Of a stretch of 64,000 bases of DNA, positions 59,338 through 64,000 are shown piece after piece. The position numbers were made by a program, and so were the translations under genes. The stretch's first letter is position 1. The number at the start of each line of letters is the position of its first letter. Source of the stretch: Sphaerobacteraceae bacterium (lineage in GTDB: Bacteria > Chloroflexota > Chloroflexia > Thermomicrobiales > UBA6265); assembly GCA_016781925.1 (NCBI GenBank), contig JADDPH010000077.1:878-64877 (forward strand), given 5' to 3'. The notes beneath the pieces are model-generated. The model was not told the DNA's origin. It saw only the letters and a program-made list of their open reading frames with translations, and did not search any database.

Positions 59338-62300
59338 TCACGCGTCGCCGGACGCTTCCGGGCTCTCCACGACGGCAGGCTCGACCACCTCTGGGGTCGG
59401 TGTCTCTGTTGGCACCGGCTCCTCTGTCGGCGTGGCAGTTGGTTCCGGAGTCGCCGTGGGCTCTGGCGTGGCCGTGGGCTCTGAAGTCGCGGTCGGCTCC
59501 AGTGTCGCCGTTGCGGTGGGCTCGACCAACTCGGCGGTGGGCGTCGCGGTCGGCTCTGGTGTCGCCGTCGGCGTTGGAGAGGCAGTCACCGGCGCCACTG
59601 ACTCGCTGCTTTGGGCAGAGAAGTCGTCGAAGCTTGCCTCCGCCGAGCTCATCGCCGTCAGCCCCACCCCACCGGCCAGGTTCGCCAGTCCTTCAGCGGA
59701 CACGGCATCCTGGAACTCCGAGCCGTCGATTGACCAGGAGAGCGTGACCCACGTCTTCCCGGTCGCGTCCGTCCCGGCCTCACCCCGGATCCAGTAGCTC
59801 ACTCCTGGCTCAAACGGCACACTGCCCGGCTCGGCTGCGAACTGGGTTCGGACCACGCCGTCCACCACCTCCCGCAGCTCCAGCCTGTCCCGACCGGCAT
59901 CCGCGACAACAGCGATGTAATTCTCGGGTCCCTGCCACGCGAACAGGACGCCCGCCTCTCCACGGTTGTTCGCGAACTGAAGCTCTGCTGTCACGTCGGC
60001 CCGGTCGAACGTCGCGCCGTTCTTCACCAACCACGTACCACTATTGCCCACGCCTGAGACATTGACGTGGGGGTCTCCCACGGATCCCGCGGTTATGGCC
60101 TTACCCTTGCCACCCGCCGGGGTTACGGTCCAACCTGCTGCTGCCTTGCCGGGTGTACTCTCGTCGAACCCGTCGCTCACCGGCTCGTTGAGCGTTGCCG
60201 GCGTCGTTTCAGATTCCGTCGTTTCGGTCTCCATCGACTCCGGTGTCGTCGTCTCAGATACGGTCATCTCCGACATCGACGCAGTGGACGTACTTGACGC
60301 AACAGTAAATGTTGCCGCAGCCCGTGCGTATGTCGTTCCCCCGACTGCCTCGACCTTGTGCGCCCCCGCACTACTCTCCGGCACCATGAACGAGACCGTC
60401 GCGCTTCCGACCCCGGAGGTAGTCGCGGTCGCCACCGTCGTGGCGGACGTTGACGTGGCATACCACTTGACCGTGATCGCCTCACTTGCACCGAAGCCAC
60501 GAAGCACGACATCCGCGTTCGTCCCAGATCCACCGCTGGTCGGAGCAAGCTCTATGCTGGAATTCACGATCAAGAACACGTACGCGCTCGCTGCGCTCGT
60601 TCCCCCGACGGCCTCCAACTTGTGCGATCCACGGACGCTCTCAGGCACGGGGAAGGTTGGAGAAGCGCTACCGCGTGTGTCAGTCGTCACGCTGGTGATG
60701 ACGGTGAATGCCGAGACGGTGTTGTACCACCGCAAGGAAATCGTCTCGCCGGCCGCGAAGCCACGCAGCACGGGTGTCATGGGCGCTCCGACCGTGAGCG
60801 AGGTCGGGGAGACGGCCAGGCTCGGGGTGACTGTAAAGGCTGCCGAGGCTGTGCTCCCGTCCGAGCCAACCCCTTCGACCGTGTGCGCTCCCTTCGCAGC
60901 CTCCGGCACGGTGAGCAGGGTAGTGGCACTGCCCATGGAGGATGCGGTGGCGTTGGCCACCTTGGTCGAAGCCGTGGTCGTGTCATACCAGTTGATCGCG
61001 ATCGCTTCCCCGGCTCCATACCCATCGAGCATCATGGTGACGGTGGTGCCGACTCTTCCGAGAGCGGAGGAGAACCGCAGACGCGGCTTGACGGTGAACG
61101 ACACGGATGCGGTGGCGCCGCTGGCTGCTCCCACTGCCTCGATCTTATGCGCCCCCTTGACCGCCTCCGGTACAGCGATTGAGGTCGCGGCACCGCCGAT
61201 TGAGGAGACGACCACGCTCTTGATCACAGTCGAGGTCGAGGCGTCGGCGTACCATCGCAGATCGACCGTCTCACCCGCCTCATACCCCTTCAAGCTCACG
61301 AGAGGGAACGATCCTACGGTCCCAGATGTCGACCACAGACTTAGGCTTGCGTCAACGGTGAACCTGGCAATGGCCTGCTCGCCGCTTGGGCTCGCCAGGG
61401 CCACCACGTCATGGCTCCCGCCCGTCGCATCTGGAATCCTGAAGCTGGCCGAACCTCGGCCGTTGCCAGAGACGACGAACGAGGCGCGCTGGATCGTCCC
61501 AGCACTATCCCAGTAGATCCGGACCGTCTCTCCCGGAACGAAGCCGGCACACGTCGCCTTGGTCATCGTGCCGACTGGTCCGGAGACAGGGCTCAACTCA
61601 CACGTCTGCGGAGCGGCGACTGAGGTGATCGAGAAGGTTGTTGAGGCCGTGATCCACCCGACAGCTGCCTCTACCTTGTAGGTCCCCCCGCGAGACTCCG
61701 GAGCATCAAAGGAGGTCGTGGCGCTGCCAAGCGAGGAGGCTGTGGCGCTTCCAACGGTGATCGTAGTCGTGGCGGCGGCGTACCACTTGACAGTGATTGC
61801 CTCGCCCGCACCGAACCCCTTGAGTACCACGTCCACCGAGGCGCCGACCGGACCGGAGGTCGGATCCAAACTGATGCTGGGTTTCACCGTCAGGTAAGCA
61901 GAAAGGCTGCCGCCTGTGCTTCCAACGGCCTCAAACCGGTGCATTCCCCGGACCGACTCCGGGACAGCAAACGTGGGTGAAGCGCTTCCACGGGCATCGG
62001 CGATCACGGTGGTGATGTCGCTGGTCGCGGTTGTCGTGTCATACCAGCGGAGAGCGATAGTTTCGCCGGCCGCGTAGCCGCGCAGAGTGACGCCTACAGA
62101 GGATCCAACAGTGGCGGTCGTCGGGGAGATGGCCAGACTCGGGCCGACCGTGAAGGGCGCTGAGGCGACACTCCCCCCCGATCCCACCCCCTCGACCGGG
62201 TGCGCCCCCTTCGCCGCCTCGGGTATCGTGAACGAGGCCGACCCGCTACCGAGCGTGGAGGTTGTAGTCGTGGCCACTTGGGTTGAGGCAGTCGCGGTGT

Positions 62301-64000
62301 CATACCACTTGATCGCGACAACTTCCCCGGCCGCGTACCCACGCGGGGTCACGGTGACGGTGGTGCCGACCCTCCCCATCGTCGGCGAGAGGGTCAATCC
62401 AGGAACCACCGTGAACTCTGCCGAAGAAGCTGCTTCGCTTGAAGCTCCCACTGCCTCGACCTTGTGCGCGCCCTTGACCGCCTCCGGCACGGAGAATGCT
62501 ATCGAGGCGCTGCCAACGGAAGACGTAACCGCGCTCTTGATGATGGTCGAGGTCGAGGTATCGGCATACCACCGCAGGTCAAGAGTCTCGCTCGCCTCAA
62601 ATCCCTTCACCGTGGCGACGACAAATATCCCAACCTTGCCGGACGCCGAGGAGAGACTTGCACTTGGCGTAACCGTGAAGGGTTGGGAGACCTCCAGCCC
62701 GCTCGAAGTCCCCTTGACAATGATCGCGTGATTGCCGCCCACGGAGTCCGGAATCCGAACAGTCGCGACTCCGCTACCATCCGGCGAGGCGACAAATCCG
62801 CCGAGTTGCGTGCCGGTTGAGGTGTCCCAAGAAAGCTTCACCCACTCCGAGGGACCCAAGTTGGAGCAGGTCACCTTGACTGACGAGCCCACCGGACCAC
62901 TCGTCGCGCCAAGACTACAGGTCGTTGGAGGAGGCGTAAGGGGCTCAAGGCCGCCGACAGCCCCCGCATTAAGTAATGCCTCCGCACTGCCGTCAACATC
63001 TCCGCCGAATCCGTCTGCCGACCCCTGTGCCCACGCAATCGACTGTAAATATGCTTTGACGTTAGCTGGGGAGGCTCCTGGGTTTTGAAACAGGTAGACC
63101 GCGGCAGCTCCAGCGACATGGGGACTCGCCATGCTCGTGCCGGTATTTGTCGCGTAGCCCCCGCCTGGGTAGGTTGAATTGATATCGACACCTGGCGCCG
63201 CCAGATCGACTGCCGCGCCGTAGTTACTAAACGCGGCGAGCGTATCGTCGACACCATAGAAGAAGTTGAAGCCTCCGAGTCCGCCCGGACGACCGTCGGT
63301 ATTGACTATGGCCGAAACGGTGATCACCTCTGCGTAAGCAGCGGGAACAAAGGTGCCAGCGTCCACTCCGTCATTACCAGCGGCGACGACGTAGGTTACT
63401 CCGGCAGCTACTGAGGTGCAGACAGCTTGATGCAGTCCGCCGTCTGTGCAGGAACCAGGATCGTTGACCTCCCCAAGACTCATGTTGACAAGCCGAATCG
63501 AATCGGCGTTGGCGGTCACCCAGTCAATTCCACAAATAACGTCAGCGGTGCTGCCTTCGCCATTGGAATTAAGTACTCGGACAGCCCAAAGCCGAGCCCC
63601 AGGGGCAACACCAACTACACCAGAACCGTTGTCAAGCGCCCCGATCGTACCGGCTACGTGGGTACCATGCCCCTGCTCATCGTCATAGGAAGATGTCGTC
63701 GGATCGCAGTTCTTTCCACCGACCACGTTGAGGTCTGGGTGGTTGATGTCGATTCCAGTGTCAAGCACGGCCACATCGACTGCGATGGGATTGTCATGCG
63801 TGCCGATGGCGGCGAGCGCGTTGCGATCCGCCTGTGAGCGCCGAATGCCCGATGGGCGTCCATCGCTGGAAATCCGAATCTGCTGATCCGGAACGACGGA
63901 GGCTACATCGGGGTCCGCCATAATGGTCGCAAGGCGGTTGTCTGGAATGGTCGCAGAGAACCCCTGGAGCGCGGCGGTGTATACATGCCGCACCCCAAGA
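59338..64000 (-). CDS. very large subtilisin-like (S8) serine protease with 10 Ig-like (IPT/TIG-type) domains, ConA/LamG-like domain and Pro/Thr-rich tail; N-terminus outside window
   Basis: The window edge cuts the I9-type propeptide (YTAALQGFSATIPDNRLATIMADPDVASVVPDQ). Catalytic triad: VAVLDTGID, GHGTHVAGTIGA, GTSMASPHVAGAAAVY (about 63064-63780). Repeats at 60298-62928, ConA-like domain about 59614-60141, PT tail 59359-59598. Confidence 0.9.
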   Translation of the reverse strand, partial: LGVRHVYTAALQGFSATIPDNRLATIMADPDVASVVPDQQIRISSDGRPSGIRRSQADRNALAAIGTHDNPIAVDVAVLDTGIDINHPDLNVVGGKNCDPTTSSYDDEQGHGTHVAGTIGALDNGSGVVGVAPGARLWAVRVLNSNGEGSTADVICGIDWVTANADSIRLVNMSLGEVNDPGSCTDGGLHQAVCTSVAAGVTYVVAAGNDGVDAGTFVPAAYAEVITVSAIVNTDGRPGGLGGFNFFYGVDDTLAAFSNYGAAVDLAAPGVDINSTYPGGGYATNTGTSMASPHVAGAAAVYLFQNPGASPANVKAYLQSIAWAQGSADGFGGDVDGSAEALLNAGAVGGLEPLTPPPTTCSLGATSGPVGSSVKVTCSNLGPSEWVKLSWDTSTGTQLGGFVASPDGSGVATVRIPDSVGGNHAIIVKGTSSGLEVSQPFTVTPSASLSSASGKVGIFVVATVKGFEASETLDLRWYADTSTSTIIKSAVTSSVGSASIAFSVPEAVKGAHKVEAVGASSEAASSAEFTVVPGLTLSPTMGRVGTTVTVTPRGYAAGEVVAIKWYDTATASTQVATTTTSTLGSGSASFTIPEAAKGAHPVEGVGSGGSVASAPFTVGPSLAISPTTATVGSSVGVTLRGYAAGETIALRWYDTTTATSDITTVIADARGSASPTFAVPESVRGMHRFEAVGSTGGSLSAYLTVKPSISLDPTSGPVGASVDVVLKGFGAGEAITVKWYAAATTTITVGSATASSLGSATTSFDAPESRGGTYKVEAAVGWITASTTFSITSVAAPQTCELSPVSGPVGTMTKATCAGFVPGETVRIYWDSAGTIQRASFVVSGNGRGSASFRIPDATGGSHDVVALASPSGEQAIARFTVDASLSLWSTSGTVGSFPLVSLKGYEAGETVDLRWYADASTSTVIKSVVVSSIGGAATSIAVPEAVKGAHKIEAVGAASGATASVSFTVKPRLRFSSALGRVGTTVTMMLDGYGAGEAIAINWYDTTTASTKVANATASSMGSATTLLTVPEAAKGAHTVEGVGSDGSTASAAFTVTPSLAVSPTSLTVGAPMTPVLRGFAAGETISLRWYNTVSAFTVITSVTTDTRGSASPTFPVPESVRGSHKLEAVGGTSAASAYVFLIVNSSIELAPTSGGSGTNADVVLRGFGASEAITVKWYATSTSATTVATATTSGVGSATVSFMVPESSAGAHKVEAVGGTTYARAAATFTVASSTSTASMSEMTVSETTTPESMETETTESETTPATLNEPVSDGFDESTPGKAAAGWTVTPAGGKGKAITAGSVGDPHVNVSGVGNSGTWLVKNGATFDRADVTAELQFANNRGEAGVLFAWQGPENYIAVVADAGRDRLELREVVDGVVRTQFAAEPGSVPFEPGVSYWIRGEAGTDATGKTWVTLSWSIDGSEFQDAVSAEGLANLAGGVGLTAMSSAEASFDDFSAQSSESVAPVTASPTPTATPEPTATPTAELVEPTATATLEPTATSEPTATPEPTATPEPTATPTEEPVPTETPTPEVVEPAVVESPEASGDA
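59359..59598 (-). repeat. imperfect 18-nt tandem repeat encoding (E-P-T-A-T-P)n
   Basis: PTPTATPEPTATPTAELVEPTATATLEPTATSEPTATPEPTATPEPTATPTEEPVPTETPTPE. The plus strand shows GGCTCTGG(C/T)GT(G/C)GCCGT(G/C)-like units. Confidence 0.8.
60298..62928 (-). repeat. intragenic duplication: two co-linear blocks of five ~88-aa Ig-like domains (block period ~1.32 kb)
   Basis: Block A (61609-62928) and block B (60298-61608) share domain order: TCxL...SGPVG / DLRWYAD(T/A)STST(I/V)IKS / (K/N)WYDT / LRWY(D/N)T / ITVKWYA. By eye about 60% aa identity between corresponding domains. Confidence 0.85.

Noticed and set aside
59400-59600. Short tandem repeats that could be mistaken for a CRISPR-like or satellite array (also 21343-21468)
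   Set aside because: The 18-nt and ~27-30-nt units are in frame within coding sequences (the EPTATP tail and the G/S/Y linker), with no unique spacers.
60044-61516. 490-aa plus-strand ORF (and the 214-aa ORF at 62087-62731)
   Set aside because: It lies antisense to the Ig-like repeat region of the S8 protease. The repetitive Thr/Ser/Ala/Val codons read as open frames on the opposite strand.

Overview
High-GC, gene-dense bacterial chromosomal window. The gene set and the GAAC-N4-GTTC SOS box fit a Chloroflexota/Thermomicrobia-like or other Gram-positive-type lineage, but that is inference only. I support about 55 protein genes. I saw no rRNA, tRNA, CRISPR array or intact mobile element. Housekeeping genes: sucC-sucD, greA-lysS, mgtE, prfA, prmC, pheA, hsp20. 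Accessory content: many small-molecule enzymes (M28 peptidase, Ldh_2 oxidoreductase, HDAC-type deacetylase, formamidase, SDR, cyclase, sulfite-oxidase-like Mo enzyme, several GNATs). Main points: (1) a B12-binding/radical SAM gene that the ORF track ends at TGA actually continues as Cys-Sec-Ala-Glu-Pro..., with a SECIS-like hairpin 12 nt after the UGA, so it is a hidden selenoprotein of unknown function, placed head-to-head with a GNAT-GNAT-HIT-like operon. (2) A sugar/polyol-type locus (MocR regulator, DhnA-type class I aldolase, CUT1 ABC binding protein and 2 permeases with no ATPase, three paralogous FGGY kinases) with no obvious known pathway. (3) A LexA-box-controlled imuB / small ORF / dnaE2 mutagenesis cassette lacking imuA. 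(4) A giant S8 protease, 5'-truncated by the window edge, built from a duplicated 5-domain Ig-like block. (5) The first ~4.4 kb looks like a gene graveyard: a HAD pseudogene with a nonsense codon, a low-GC relic, and abutting IclR and M28 fragments. All product calls come from motif recognition by eye; no database search was possible. Start codons are often uncertain.
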